Source of the DNA: Cyanobacteria bacterium P01_A01_bin.123 | Lineage (GTDB): Bacteria; Cyanobacteriota; Cyanobacteriia; Phormidesmidales; Phormidesmidaceae | DNA length: 15,196 nucleotides | NCBI GenBank assembly: GCA_039815185.1 | Contig: JBCBZT010000096.1 | Location: forward strand, 1 to 15,196 | Reading direction: 5' to 3' | Shown: positions 6,399 to 15,196 of the stretch, piece after piece | Numbering within the stretch: the first letter of the stretch is position 1 | Layout: every line of letters starts with the position of its first letter | Made by a program: the position numbers and the translations under genes | Notes under the pieces: generated by a model | Told to the model about the DNA's origin: nothing | What the model saw: the letters and a program-made list of their open reading frames with translations, nothing else | The model's database searches: none

Positions 6399-6434
6399 AC
6401 CCTCACAACTTCTTTATTCTCAATTGTTTATTCT
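6399..6434 (+). promoter_or_regulatory. Putative promoter of the DUF1816 gene: direct-repeat box, N11, -10 element
   Basis: ACCCTCAC-AAC-TTCTTTAT-TCTCAATTGTT-TATTCT; the box is nearly identical to the DUF4327 copy. Confidence 0.55.
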
Positions 6435-6468
6435 GGGGGCACTGTTCTTAACCGCTGGAGACATGGTC

Positions 6469-6702
6469 ATGATGTCACCCTTTCGTTTCGATTCCCCATC
6501 TCCCTGGTGGGTCGAAGTTTGTACAGCAGCCCCCCGCTGCACTTATTACTTTGGCCCTTTCGATAGCGTCCAAGAAGCCCAGCGCCAGCAGGGTGGATAC
6601 GTCACCGATTTAGTACTGGAAGGTGCACAGGGCATCATTGCTAGCACGAAACAATGCAAGCCTCAAGCGTTGACGATGGTCGAAGAAGGTCGCATCGTCT
6701 GA
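6469..6702 (+). CDS. DUF1816 family protein
   Basis: WWVEV.T..PRCTYYFGPF.S..EA.....GY..DL..EGAQGI....K.CKP..LT is the recalled DUF1816 signature. GGAG at 6457-6460 favours ATG at 6469 (alternatives 6463, 6472) over 6394. Confidence 0.88.
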   Translation: MMSPFRFDSPSPWWVEVCTAAPRCTYYFGPFDSVQEAQRQQGGYVTDLVLEGAQGIIASTKQCKPQALTMVEEGRIV

Positions 6703-6766
6703 CGCGATGGCACTATGCGATAGGCTCTACCAGTTGCACACCCTGTCCCTTAGAAAGCTGTCTGGC

Positions 6767-9700
6767 TCATGCCTGAAGGGCAGTATGCATTGCTTCCAAC
6801 AAATCTTCGACTGAATAGGGTTTGGGTAAAAAGGCTTGAACGTTGAGACTCTCTCGGATAACGAGCTGCTCGTTAGACATGACCCCACTGGTCACTACAA
6901 CTTTGAGCTGGGGGTTAATGCGTTGCAAGGCTTCTAGGGCGATCGCCCCTGACATCTTGGGCATGTGTATATCTATTAACACCCCGTCAATTTCAGCGGC
7001 GTGGGCTTTGTATAGGGCGATCGCCTCAGGCCCATCACGGGCTGTTAACACTCGGTAGTGGTAGGTTTCCAACAAATCTTGGGTGACTTGGCGAATTTGG
7101 GCCTCATCATCTATCACTAAAATCAGCTCTCCGGCTCCGACCCGCAGATGGGGCTCAGACTCTGCAGGGGATAATTCTATTGGGGCAGCTGGCAGGTATA
7201 TCGTAAAGCGAGTCCCCTGATTCTCTTGACTAGTCACTTGGATCTGGCCACAGTGGCCCTTAATGATCTTGGCGACGGTAAACAGGCCCAGTCCAGTGCC
7301 TTTCCCAGGATCTTTAGTCGTAAAAAACGGATCAAAAATCTGCTCTAAGCGTTCGGGGGCAATGCCGATCCCAGCATCAGCAACCTCGACCACCACATAA
7401 GGGCCAGGGTCTAGATCGAGATGCGCCTCATTCAGCCAGAGATTTTGGGCCGATAGCGACAGGTCTCCGCCCTGGGGCATGGCATCTCGGGCATTGACGC
7501 AGAGATTCATCAGGACTTGGTAGAGATGGGTTGCATCTCCCATCAGCATCCATAGATCTTTAGGGACGTTGACGCGAATCGTAATCGATTTTGGGAAGGT
7601 CTTTTGGGCAAACTGCTTGACCTCTCGAATGATGTAGTTCAAGTTGAGCGCCTTGAACTCGCTATCAGCTCCCTGGGCAAACGTCAAAATCTGTTTGGAT
7701 AGCGCAGCGCCCCGTTTGGCCGTTGTCCTCAAGATGGTGAGCAACTCGAGAACTGATGGTTTTGCGTCTTTGAGTTGGAGGGGCAAAATCTGAGCAATGC
7801 CCAAGATCGGCGTCAAGATGTTATTGAGATCATGGGCGATGCCGCTGGCTAGGGTACCCAGACTCTCTAAACGCTGGGCACGCAGAAACTGGGTTTCCAA
7901 CTGTTTGCGTTCGGTGATATCGGTGTCTACAGAGAGTACCGCCTTAGGATTGCCAGCAGGGTCGCGCACTAGGGTCCAGCGACTCTCGATGATGCGGGCT
8001 TCTTGGGTTTGGGTAGATTTTGAGAGTTCCCCCTGCCATTCTCCGTGATGTAAAACAGCTTGCCAGGCAGCTTGCACCTGGTGAAGGTCTGAGTTGAGCA
8101 GTCGATCGACGTTTTGTCCTAAAGCTTCTTCAGCACCCCAGCCGTAGATGCGTTCGGCCCCCCGGCTCCAAAAGAGCAAACGACTGTCTAGATCGCGCAC
8201 TAAAAAAGCATCGGTGGCAATGTCGATCAGCTCTGCTTGCTCTTGGAGCTTTTGCTGATTCCGTTTCCGTTCACTGATATCTCGCTGGATCGCGACAAAA
8301 TGGGTCGCCTGCCCAGCAGTATTCGTAATCGGCATGAGGCCCAGTTCAACCCAAAATTCGCTGCCGTCTTTACGATAATTGAGCAACTCTACGCGGATTT
8401 TTTGGTGAGTTCTGAGGGCAGTGCGGATCTGCTTGAGCACAGCGCGATCGGTGTTGGATCCCTGGAGTAGGCGCGGTGTTTGGCCCATGATTTCGGCGTT
8501 CGTGTAGCCAGTCATCGCCGTGAACGCCGGATTAGCATAAATGATCCTTGGCCCTGGCAGATCAATCGGGTCAGCCTCAGTGATCAGTACGGCGTCATTC
8601 GTATTGAAAATAACGGCTTCTAAAAGCTGGAGCTGATCTTGGCGTTGTTGACGCTCCGTCACATCCATGGCTGTGCCCAGCAGCTTAACAACCCTACCCT
8701 GGGCATTTTTAATTGCCTCGCTGCTGCCTTCTAGGTGCCGTAGTTCGCCGCCGGGTCGCACAATGCACCCTTCAAAGGGCTGGGGTTCTCCGGTTGCAAT
8801 CAGCTGCTGAACCGACTGCTGGACTTGGGCCCAGTCTCCTGGGGTAAAAAACTGAGCGATTTGGGCTAGTGTCGGTGGCGGCGCAGTTGAGTCAAGACCG
8901 AACAGCCGAAACATCTCGGTGGAGCAGGCTAGGGTTTGGGTCGTGAGGTCAAATTCCCAACTACCAATGTGAGCAATTTCTTGGGCTTTGGTGAGGGCTG
9001 CTTCGTTCTGACGCAGGTAGGCCTCGGTACGCTTATAGTCACTGATATCAATAATCAGTGCGTAGTAGCCCCTGACCTTAGAATTTGGGCCAATATCTGG
9101 AATCAGAGTGCCGCTGATATGACGAGTCTCCTGGGCATAAGGGACGACCATCTCATAGGTGACGCGCTTTCCCCTAAAGACGCGATCGATCTGGGGTTTG
9201 GCTTTCTCATAGGCAGCCTCACCAATCACCTCCCAAAGATATTGGCCATAAATAGCTTGGCGATCAAGCGCAAACCAGGTTTCGTAGGTCTTATTGACAA
9301 AGCGGTAGCGTAGATCTGCGTCGATATAGGAGATGCAGGCGGGCAGAGCATCGGTAATGAGACTCAGCCTGACTTCACTGTGATGGAGTGCAGCTTCACT
9401 ATGGTGCAGGGCAATTTCACTATTATGCAGCGCAACTTCTGATTGATTGTCATCGCTGATGGTGCGAATGGTGGTTAGCAGTCCAGCGGGGTTGCCTTGC
9501 TCGTCTGACAACGCGCTGATGGTGACTTCAACCAAGTGCTCTGCCCCGTTCTGGAGGCGATGGATCTGCTTGCCTCGCCAACAACCTTGAGTCGCAATTG
9601 CCGTTTGCATCACCTGTTCATCAGTCGGAGTCAGCCAGCGACAGTCAAAGCAGTCTGCAACCCGACTGCCACAAACCGCTTGCGCATCTAGACCGTAGCG

Positions 9701-10885
9701 CTGTTCTGCGGCCCGATTCCAGTAGGTGATGCGGTGATCGACGTCAGTCGCAATCACTGCATCGGTGATATGGGAGAGTAAATGCGATTGGAACTGATTG
9801 GCCCGCTCGCTCGTTTGACGCTCAATCACCAGTGCCAAGATGTTGGCGATCGCCTGCAGGAAGTGGACATCATCAGCACTAAAGCGTCGATGGCGAGTCG
9901 TGTGCACACCCAGCACGCCAAATGACCGGGTGCGATTGGGAATGATCACGCTCATGCCGCTGACGATTCTATGATTGAGGGGCCCAGGGTTAAGGGGCAG
10001 ATCGGGGTTGTCAAAGCGAGTTTCTGTGGCCCAATCTTCGACAATCACAGGTGCTGGGCTGAGCAGGGTGTAACCAGCCTGGGAGTTAGGCCCAGCCGCA
10101 AAAATGGTCTGCCCCATGTGCCCTAACTGTGCGCCTACTGCGGCTCGCAGCCGCAGCGCGTCTCGGCCAGGCAGGAGTTCTAAAATTTGGCAGTACTCCG
10201 CCTTGAGAATACGGGCAACGAGTCGAACCGCAACCGCCATGAACTTGTCAATGTCTTTGACCGCGATCGCCCGCTGCCCCAAGGATGCCACTGCTGACTG
10301 CTGGCGGTTTTGAATGCGGAGACGCTCTGCTGGAGATTGATCTGGGAGATGTGGGCGATCGCCCAATCCCAACTCAGGCGACGGGACATGGGTTAGCGGG
10401 TGGTGCAGCGATCGCAGGAGAGCCCCCTGGGTGACCAACCCCAGCAGTTGTTGCTGGGCATCACACACCGCGAGTTGCCGTACCCGATACTGTCGCATCA
10501 GTTGATAGGCAGCCTCTAGGGACGCATCTACCCTGATCTGCGGTGGCGGTGGCCCCATGACAGTACGCACTTGGGTCTTAGCCAAATCAATTTCCAAAGC
10601 TAGGCAGCAGACCAAATCTTGAGAGGTCAGCAAGCCAACCAGTTGGTCGTCATCGACAACGACGACAACGTAGTTTGTATTCAGCAGCGACTCTTGATCT
10701 TGAGGCTCTCTTTTATGAGTACCAGGTGCGATCGCGGTATTGCTGACCTGCTCACAAGCCTCTCTAGCTCGGCCAATTTGAGCAATGACCGCCGCGATGG
10801 AGACTTCGGACGACACCTGCAACGGTTGAACGTCAATGTTGTCAGCCAACGTGGGCTGCCTAGCAGAAGCGGTGTGAGTCGGCAT
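6767..10885 (-). CDS. Hybrid sensor histidine kinase: CBS pair, GAF, about five PAS/PAC, HisKA, HATPase_c, REC
   Basis: CBS motifs ([22 protein letters not shown]), GAF (SGMSVII....FGVLGVHT...RRFS.DDVHFLQ.IAN.LA), five PAS-like blocks, H-box [14 protein letters not shown]-box [11 protein letters not shown]-boxes [20 protein letters not shown], and receiver LVIDDE...IDIHMP...KPY. Start uncertain: ATG 10885 or TTG 10918. Confidence 0.93.
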   Translation of the reverse strand: MPTHTASARQPTLADNIDVQPLQVSSEVSIAAVIAQIGRAREACEQVSNTAIAPGTHKREPQDQESLLNTNYVVVVVDDDQLVGLLTSQDLVCCLALEIDLAKTQVRTVMGPPPPQIRVDASLEAAYQLMRQYRVRQLAVCDAQQQLLGLVTQGALLRSLHHPLTHVPSPELGLGDRPHLPDQSPAERLRIQNRQQSAVASLGQRAIAVKDIDKFMAVAVRLVARILKAEYCQILELLPGRDALRLRAAVGAQLGHMGQTIFAAGPNSQAGYTLLSPAPVIVEDWATETRFDNPDLPLNPGPLNHRIVSGMSVIIPNRTRSFGVLGVHTTRHRRFSADDVHFLQAIANILALVIERQTSERANQFQSHLLSHITDAVIATDVDHRITYWNRAAEQRYGLDAQAVCGSRVADCFDCRWLTPTDEQVMQTAIATQGCWRGKQIHRLQNGAEHLVEVTISALSDEQGNPAGLLTTIRTISDDNQSEVALHNSEIALHHSEAALHHSEVRLSLITDALPACISYIDADLRYRFVNKTYETWFALDRQAIYGQYLWEVIGEAAYEKAKPQIDRVFRGKRVTYEMVVPYAQETRHISGTLIPDIGPNSKVRGYYALIIDISDYKRTEAYLRQNEAALTKAQEIAHIGSWEFDLTTQTLACSTEMFRLFGLDSTAPPPTLAQIAQFFTPGDWAQVQQSVQQLIATGEPQPFEGCIVRPGGELRHLEGSSEAIKNAQGRVVKLLGTAMDVTERQQRQDQLQLLEAVIFNTNDAVLITEADPIDLPGPRIIYANPAFTAMTGYTNAEIMGQTPRLLQGSNTDRAVLKQIRTALRTHQKIRVELLNYRKDGSEFWVELGLMPITNTAGQATHFVAIQRDISERKRNQQKLQEQAELIDIATDAFLVRDLDSRLLFWSRGAERIYGWGAEEALGQNVDRLLNSDLHQVQAAWQAVLHHGEWQGELSKSTQTQEARIIESRWTLVRDPAGNPKAVLSVDTDITERKQLETQFLRAQRLESLGTLASGIAHDLNNILTPILGIAQILPLQLKDAKPSVLELLTILRTTAKRGAALSKQILTFAQGADSEFKALNLNYIIREVKQFAQKTFPKSITIRVNVPKDLWMLMGDATHLYQVLMNLCVNARDAMPQGGDLSLSAQNLWLNEAHLDLDPGPYVVVEVADAGIGIAPERLEQIFDPFFTTKDPGKGTGLGLFTVAKIIKGHCGQIQVTSQENQGTRFTIYLPAAPIELSPAESEPHLRVGAGELILVIDDEAQIRQVTQDLLETYHYRVLTARDGPEAIALYKAHAAEIDGVLIDIHMPKMSGAIALEALQRINPQLKVVVTSGVMSNEQLVIRESLNVQAFLPKPYSVEDLLEAMHTALQA
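9374..9436. repeat. Three degenerate 21-bp tandem repeats encoding a heptad linker inside the kinase
   Basis: TTCACT recurs at 9374, 9395 and 9416; the protein reads [26 protein letters not shown]. Confidence 0.85.
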
Positions 10886-11044
10886 GAAAACTGGAACCCT
10901 AAGCTCGAAACATTTCAACTCAACGTCGAAAATTACTCCTTATGAAGTAGCTTAAGGTTTCTAAATTTTATTTTCACACTTCTATTAAGCAATGTTTATT
11001 TTTCTTGAGAATTTTAGGGATTGAATGCTGCCAAATTAAACGAG

Positions 11045-11857
11045 TTAAGGGACGGTTGCGATCGCCGTAATTTGAGCTTGCCAATAGGTAAACAGGCCAG
11101 TGTCTAGCTCCCAACTCACCTCACCGCGTGTAGGAATACGGTGACCAAACAAGGTTTGATAGTCAAACCAAATACCGCGCCAGGGGCTATATTCAACGCG
11201 ATCGCCAACGCTACGCGGGCGATTAGAGGCAAAAGCTCCCACCATATCGCCAGCCGCATCAAACGCTAAACGCACACTAACGCGGGCTTGCCCCTGACCC
11301 CCAGAGACTTCTACAGTCTGCTGATCTAGCTGCCGCCAGTCTAAAGCCAAGTTGCCCATGAGGGCTGCTGGGCAACAGGCAAGCTCGGCCAGATAGCGCA
11401 TGAGTTCTCCCCGATCAGCATCGGGGCCAGTGGCTTTGGCTACCGGAATAGAGCCCAGCAGTCGTGCTTCTAAATGTCCATGCCCCTCTACATAGCTATC
11501 GATCACAGTGGTTGGCATCGGCAACCCAAACCGGGCATGCCAAACAAACCCCGGTTGCAGCATTGCAAAATACTGATCAGCCGTAAACGGAATCCAAGCA
11601 CTATCGGGCTGAAAACGCATCTTGCCGACCTGGTGAATACGGGTCATTTTAGCTAGGGGCTCAGGACGCGATCGCGCTGCGAAATCCGTCACGATCTTGG
11701 GCAGCGAGCGAATGGGGCTGTCAGTTTGGTTTACAGGGGCAGCGAGAGCCTGAATTTGGCGATGGATAAACCGTTTGAACTGCCAGACCGAGACGGCATG
11801 GATGGCTAACAGAATGGCTGCGATCGCGCCCAAAATCTCCAAAATGCTTACCATCAC
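11045..11857 (-). CDS. Membrane-anchored conserved hypothetical protein (DUF6544/DUF6920-like)
   Basis: Hydrophobic N-terminus, then Q.G.MRF....WIPFTA.QYF....PGFVW.A, D.Y..G.G....RLLG.IPVA...GP..D.GELMRYLAEL...P.AL and G.RIPTRGEVSW. The family name is from recall. Confidence 0.75.
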   Translation of the reverse strand: MMVSILEILGAIAAILLAIHAVSVWQFKRFIHRQIQALAAPVNQTDSPIRSLPKIVTDFAARSRPEPLAKMTRIHQVGKMRFQPDSAWIPFTADQYFAMLQPGFVWHARFGLPMPTTVIDSYVEGHGHLEARLLGSIPVAKATGPDADRGELMRYLAELACCPAALMGNLALDWRQLDQQTVEVSGGQGQARVSVRLAFDAAGDMVGAFASNRPRSVGDRVEYSPWRGIWFDYQTLFGHRIPTRGEVSWELDTGLFTYWQAQITAIATVP

Positions 11858-11884
11858 AGGGTCTTCCTATGGGAAAAACTGCCA

Positions 11885-12421
11885 CTATCCTTCTACAGCG
11901 GCTAAATCAGAGGCTTGATTTGCCGTCTCAGGCTTCGTTTGCCCATGGACAACCAGCACCGAACAAGGAGCATGGTGCATGACATAGTTGCTAACGCTAC
12001 CCAGAAACATCTCGCTTAGACCCGTGCGGCCATGGCTTCCCACCATGACCAAGTCAGCCTGCCAAGTTTTGGCTAAATCGCAGATAGCACGCCCTGGACT
12101 ATCAAAAACCTGAGTGAACTCAGTGTGCACTCCTACAGACATCGCCTGGTCAGTATAGTCGCGGAGCAACTTCAGCCCTTTTGCTTCGTATTCCCGGCGA
12201 CGTTGCTGGTAATTATTCCAAACGCTTTCGTTGAGTTCTAACGGGTAATAAGCCAATCCAGAATAGGCCGGTAGGGCTAAGCTACCATCCCCTTCTGGCG
12301 TCAGCACACTGAGCAGCATCAGATTTGCCCCCGTAGCTCGGGCCAACGTCACTGCTTTGTCGAATAGATCGGCATGGATATCATCCAGATCAAGGGCGAT
12401 GAGAATTTTGTTGAACATCAT
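11885..12421 (-). CDS. Universal stress protein (USP family)
   Basis: FNKILIALD start, SPGRAICDLA..WQADLVMVGSHGRTGLSEMFLGSVSNYVMHHAPCSVLVV. AAGGA precedes ATG at 12421 or 12418. Confidence 0.95.
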   Translation of the reverse strand: MMFNKILIALDLDDIHADLFDKAVTLARATGANLMLLSVLTPEGDGSLALPAYSGLAYYPLELNESVWNNYQQRRREYEAKGLKLLRDYTDQAMSVGVHTEFTQVFDSPGRAICDLAKTWQADLVMVGSHGRTGLSEMFLGSVSNYVMHHAPCSVLVVHGQTKPETANQASDLAAVEG

Positions 12422-12530
12422 GGTTTCCTTAGTTAACGAGTTTCCGTTCAAGGCACTTGCGTTACGTATTCCTTGAAAAAATTAAACGTCCTAGCATTCA
12501 ATCAAGACCAAGAGTTTGTCCGAATGTGCA

Positions 12531-13070
12531 TCAAGACATCGCTATAGCGTTGAGTTCTGAGCGCTCCCTGGGCAAGGCGTGATCGTCGCGATCATCAGGG
12601 TGAACGACCATGACTGAGCAAGGGGCATGGTGCAAAACATGATTGCTAACACTGCCCAACAACACCTCTCTCAGCCCAGTGCGACCGTGGCTACCAATCA
12701 CAATCAGGTCAATTTGATCGGTTTCAGCGGTTTTGCAGATGGCCGGCCCTGGGCGGCCATAGGGTTGTTCAAAGGTGGCCGCAATCCCTTGATGTATCGC
12801 CGCTTCGGTTTTCTGTTTGAGCAGTGCATCATAATGTTGGACAAACTCAGCCCATTGGCGATCGTAGTTTTTTCGCAAAATGTCATCCAAGCCCATTGAG
12901 TAGCTGCCGACTGGCATCGTAGGCCGCTCAGGACTAGCCGGATCAAACACATCCAATGTATGAATCAGGATTAGCTCGGCTCCGAGCGCTTTCGCAAGTT
13001 CTAGAGCTGCGTCAAACGCCCGTTGGCTGGCGACTGATTGATCAATAGCAACCAAAATCCTATTTAGCAT
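12531..13070 (-). CDS. Universal stress protein (USP family)
   Basis: LNRILVAIDQS start, DLIVIGSHGRTGLREVLLGSVSNHVLHHAPCSVMVV. GGAGG at 13079-13083 supports ATG at 13070, which overlaps the ppsA stop. Confidence 0.95.
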   Translation of the reverse strand: MLNRILVAIDQSVASQRAFDAALELAKALGAELILIHTLDVFDPASPERPTMPVGSYSMGLDDILRKNYDRQWAEFVQHYDALLKQKTEAAIHQGIAATFEQPYGRPGPAICKTAETDQIDLIVIGSHGRTGLREVLLGSVSNHVLHHAPCSVMVVHPDDRDDHALPRERSELNAIAMS

Positions 13071-15196
13071 GATGGGCACCTCCTGTAGAGTCGGCAAGGC
13101 TTTGCTCCATCGCCGCTACCGAGAGCGTGGTTTTCAGCACAGAGTCTGGGTTGAGACTGATGGAATCAATACCTTGCTGAACTAAAAACTGGGCAAATTC
13201 GGGGTAGTCACTGGGGGCCTGGCCACAGATGCCGATTTTGCGCTGACACTGCTTCACGCGTTCAATCGCTGTGCGAATCATCGCCTTCACACCCCCACTA
13301 CGCTCATCAAACAGATGGGCCACCAAAGCCGAATCGCGGTCTAGCCCTAGGGTGAGCTGGGTCAAGTCATTAGAGCCAATCGAGAAACCGTCGAAGACTT
13401 GGCTGAATTCTGCGGCCAAGATCACATTGTTAGGGATCTCGCACATGACGTAGACTTGCAGGCCATCTTCGCCACGCACCAGCCCGTGGCTGGCCATTTC
13501 CCCCAGTACCCGACGGCCTTCCTCCGGGGTACGGCAGAAGGGCACCATGGGAATCACATTGGTCAACCCCATCTCATTGCGCACCTGTTTTAGGGCTTGG
13601 CATTCCAGGGCAAAGGCATCCCGGTAGCGAGCATCGGTGTAGCGAGAAGCCCCCCGCCAGCCGATCATCGGATTTTCTTCTACGGGCTCAAACGCTTTTC
13701 CACCGAGCAAGTTGGCATACTCGTTGCTCTTGAAATCGGAGAGCCGAATCACTACGGGCTTGGGATAAAAGGCGGCAGCGATAGTGCCGATGCCGTGGGC
13801 CAGCTGTTCGACAAAGTAGTCAGGTTTGTAGAGATAGAGCGCCGTTAGCGCTGCAATGGCCTGTTTAACTTGACTGTCTTTGAGTTGATCAAAGTGGAGT
13901 AAGGCCAGAGGATGCACCTTAATATGGTTAGCAATAATAAACTCCAGCCGTGCCAAGCCTACGCCGTCGCAGGGAATTTGAGCCAGGCGAAACGCTTCTT
14001 CCGGATTGCCGATATTCATCAGCATCTGCGTACGCGTCTGCGGCAAATCGTCAATGGCAGTTTCTTCCTCAACAAACGGCAGCAAACCACCGTAAACTTT
14101 ACCCACTTCACCTTCCGCGCAGGTGACCGTCACGGGACGCCCTGTATCGATCACAGTCGTAGCATTACCACAACCTACAATGGCTGGAATCCCCATCTCG
14201 CGGGCGATGATAGCGGCATGGCAAGTGCGCCCGCCTTGATCAGTGACGATGGCACTGGCGCGCTTCATAATCGGTTCCCAGTCGGGGTCAGTACGCTGGG
14301 TAATCAATACCTGGCCAGGTCGAAAGTCAGCAATATGCTGCACAGAATGAATCACCCGCGCTTCACCCTGACCCATCATCTCCCCAACGGCTTGTCCGGT
14401 AACGAGCGGGGTTAGGGTTTCAACGTTGACCTGGAGGTGATAGCTGCGCAATATTGAGGCCGACTTCTGGGACTGCACAGTTTCTGGTCGAGCCTGGACA
14501 ATAAATAACTCGCCAGTTAGACCGTCCTTAGCCCATTCGATATCCATTGGAGTGTAGGTGTTCCGCACCTGAGAATAATGGTCTTCGATGATGCAGGCCC
14601 AGCGGGCTAGGGTGAGAATTTCATCGTCGCTGAGGGCGTAGTGTTGGCGATCGGCTTCGGAGACGGGTACATTTTTGGTCAGCTTGCTCCCCCCCACGTC
14701 GTAGACCATCTTGATTTCTTTGCTGCCCAAGTGCTTTTTCAAAATGGGACGGTAACCCTGTTTGAGGGTGGGTTTAAACACGAGATACTCATCGGGGTTC
14801 ACGGCCCCTTGCACCACGTTCTCCCCTAAGCCGTAGGCAGCCGTCACCAGGGCAGCATGCCTGAATCCAGTTTCAGTATCGATGGAAAACATCACCCCAG
14901 AAGTCGCTAAATCGGAGCGCACCATCCGCTGTACCCCAACCGATAGGGCTACGGTAAAGTGGTCGAAGCCTTTGAGGGTGCGATAGGAAATAGCTCGGTC
15001 GGTGAACAACGAGGCAAAACACTTGTGACAGGATTCCAGGACACTTTTAATGCCGTGGACGTTAAGGTAGGTTTCCTGCTGGCCCGCAAAGCTAGCATCG
15101 GGGAGATCCTCTGCCGTGGCACTAGAGCGGACGGCGACATCAATCGCCTGATGCTGACTGTCAGCACAGAGTTTAAGGTAGGCCTGGGTAATAGCG
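13060..15196 (-). CDS. ppsA: Phosphoenolpyruvate synthase (pyruvate, water dikinase); 5' end lies beyond the window
   Basis: The frame stays open to the window edge (DVAVRSSATAEDLPDASFAGQQETYLNV by manual translation). It contains DIEWAKDG, QARPETV, the phospho-His motif GGRTCHAAIIARE, EENPMIGWRGASRY, FSIGSNDLTQL and IGICGQAPSD. Confidence 0.97.
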   Translation of the reverse strand, partial: AITQAYLKLCADSQHQAIDVAVRSSATAEDLPDASFAGQQETYLNVHGIKSVLESCHKCFASLFTDRAISYRTLKGFDHFTVALSVGVQRMVRSDLATSGVMFSIDTETGFRHAALVTAAYGLGENVVQGAVNPDEYLVFKPTLKQGYRPILKKHLGSKEIKMVYDVGGSKLTKNVPVSEADRQHYALSDDEILTLARWACIIEDHYSQVRNTYTPMDIEWAKDGLTGELFIVQARPETVQSQKSASILRSYHLQVNVETLTPLVTGQAVGEMMGQGEARVIHSVQHIADFRPGQVLITQRTDPDWEPIMKRASAIVTDQGGRTCHAAIIAREMGIPAIVGCGNATTVIDTGRPVTVTCAEGEVGKVYGGLLPFVEEETAIDDLPQTRTQMLMNIGNPEEAFRLAQIPCDGVGLARLEFIIANHIKVHPLALLHFDQLKDSQVKQAIAALTALYLYKPDYFVEQLAHGIGTIAAAFYPKPVVIRLSDFKSNEYANLLGGKAFEPVEENPMIGWRGASRYTDARYRDAFALECQALKQVRNEMGLTNVIPMVPFCRTPEEGRRVLGEMASHGLVRGEDGLQVYVMCEIPNNVILAAEFSQVFDGFSIGSNDLTQLTLGLDRDSALVAHLFDERSGGVKAMIRTAIERVKQCQRKIGICGQAPSDYPEFAQFLVQQGIDSISLNPDSVLKTTLSVAAMEQSLADSTGGAHHAK

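Larger units (their letters stand above)
1234..11827. repeat. Dispersed HIP1 octamers (GCGATCGC), 19 copies counted
   Basis: Starts at 1234, 1298, 1530, 3695, 4562, 5050, 5069, 5509, 6939, 7017, 9846, 10263, 10355, 10408, 10728, 11058, 11198, 11668 and 11820; a hallmark of cyanobacterial genomes. Confidence 0.9.

Noticed and set aside
6843..10945. Several short ORFs inside the kinase gene
   Set aside because: Antisense or off-frame shadows of a long, GC-richer CDS with no independent evidence.
10920..11044. Possible sixth copy of the shared box upstream of the kinase (ATGAAGTA..TTAAGG)
   Set aside because: Half-site spacing and distance to any TANNNT do not fit the pattern of the other five.
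12627..15167. Short ORFs overlapping the USP and ppsA genes; ppsA start at 15009
   Set aside because: The short ORFs are shadows. The ppsA frame is open to the window edge with conserved motifs upstream of 15009, so 15009 is not the start.

Overview
Cyanobacterial chromosomal segment (19 HIP1 GCGATCGC octamers counted by eye) carrying a stress / energy-status gene cluster. Right to left on the minus strand: ppsA (5'-truncated by the window edge), two tandem universal stress proteins, a membrane-anchored DUF6544-like protein, and a large CBS-GAF-multi-PAS hybrid histidine kinase. These are followed by a DUF1816 gene divergent from hsp20 plus a CBS-CP12 fusion, a phytoene-desaturase-family FAD oxidoreductase divergent from an MDR/quinone oxidoreductase, a DUF4327 gene, a probably truncated pentapeptide-repeat gene, a decayed tRNA-Phe fragment, and the 5' end of a gene with an N-terminal HTH. 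The most striking signal is non-coding: five promoters share an 11-bp-periodic direct repeat (about CTCAY-AAN-TTCCYYAY) lying 10-11 nt upstream of a TANNNT -10 box. This is PhoB/OmpR-type activator geometry and suggests a local regulon whose regulator is not in the window. No CRISPR array, IS element, rRNA or intact tRNA was seen. Family assignments come from motif recognition only; no searches were run.
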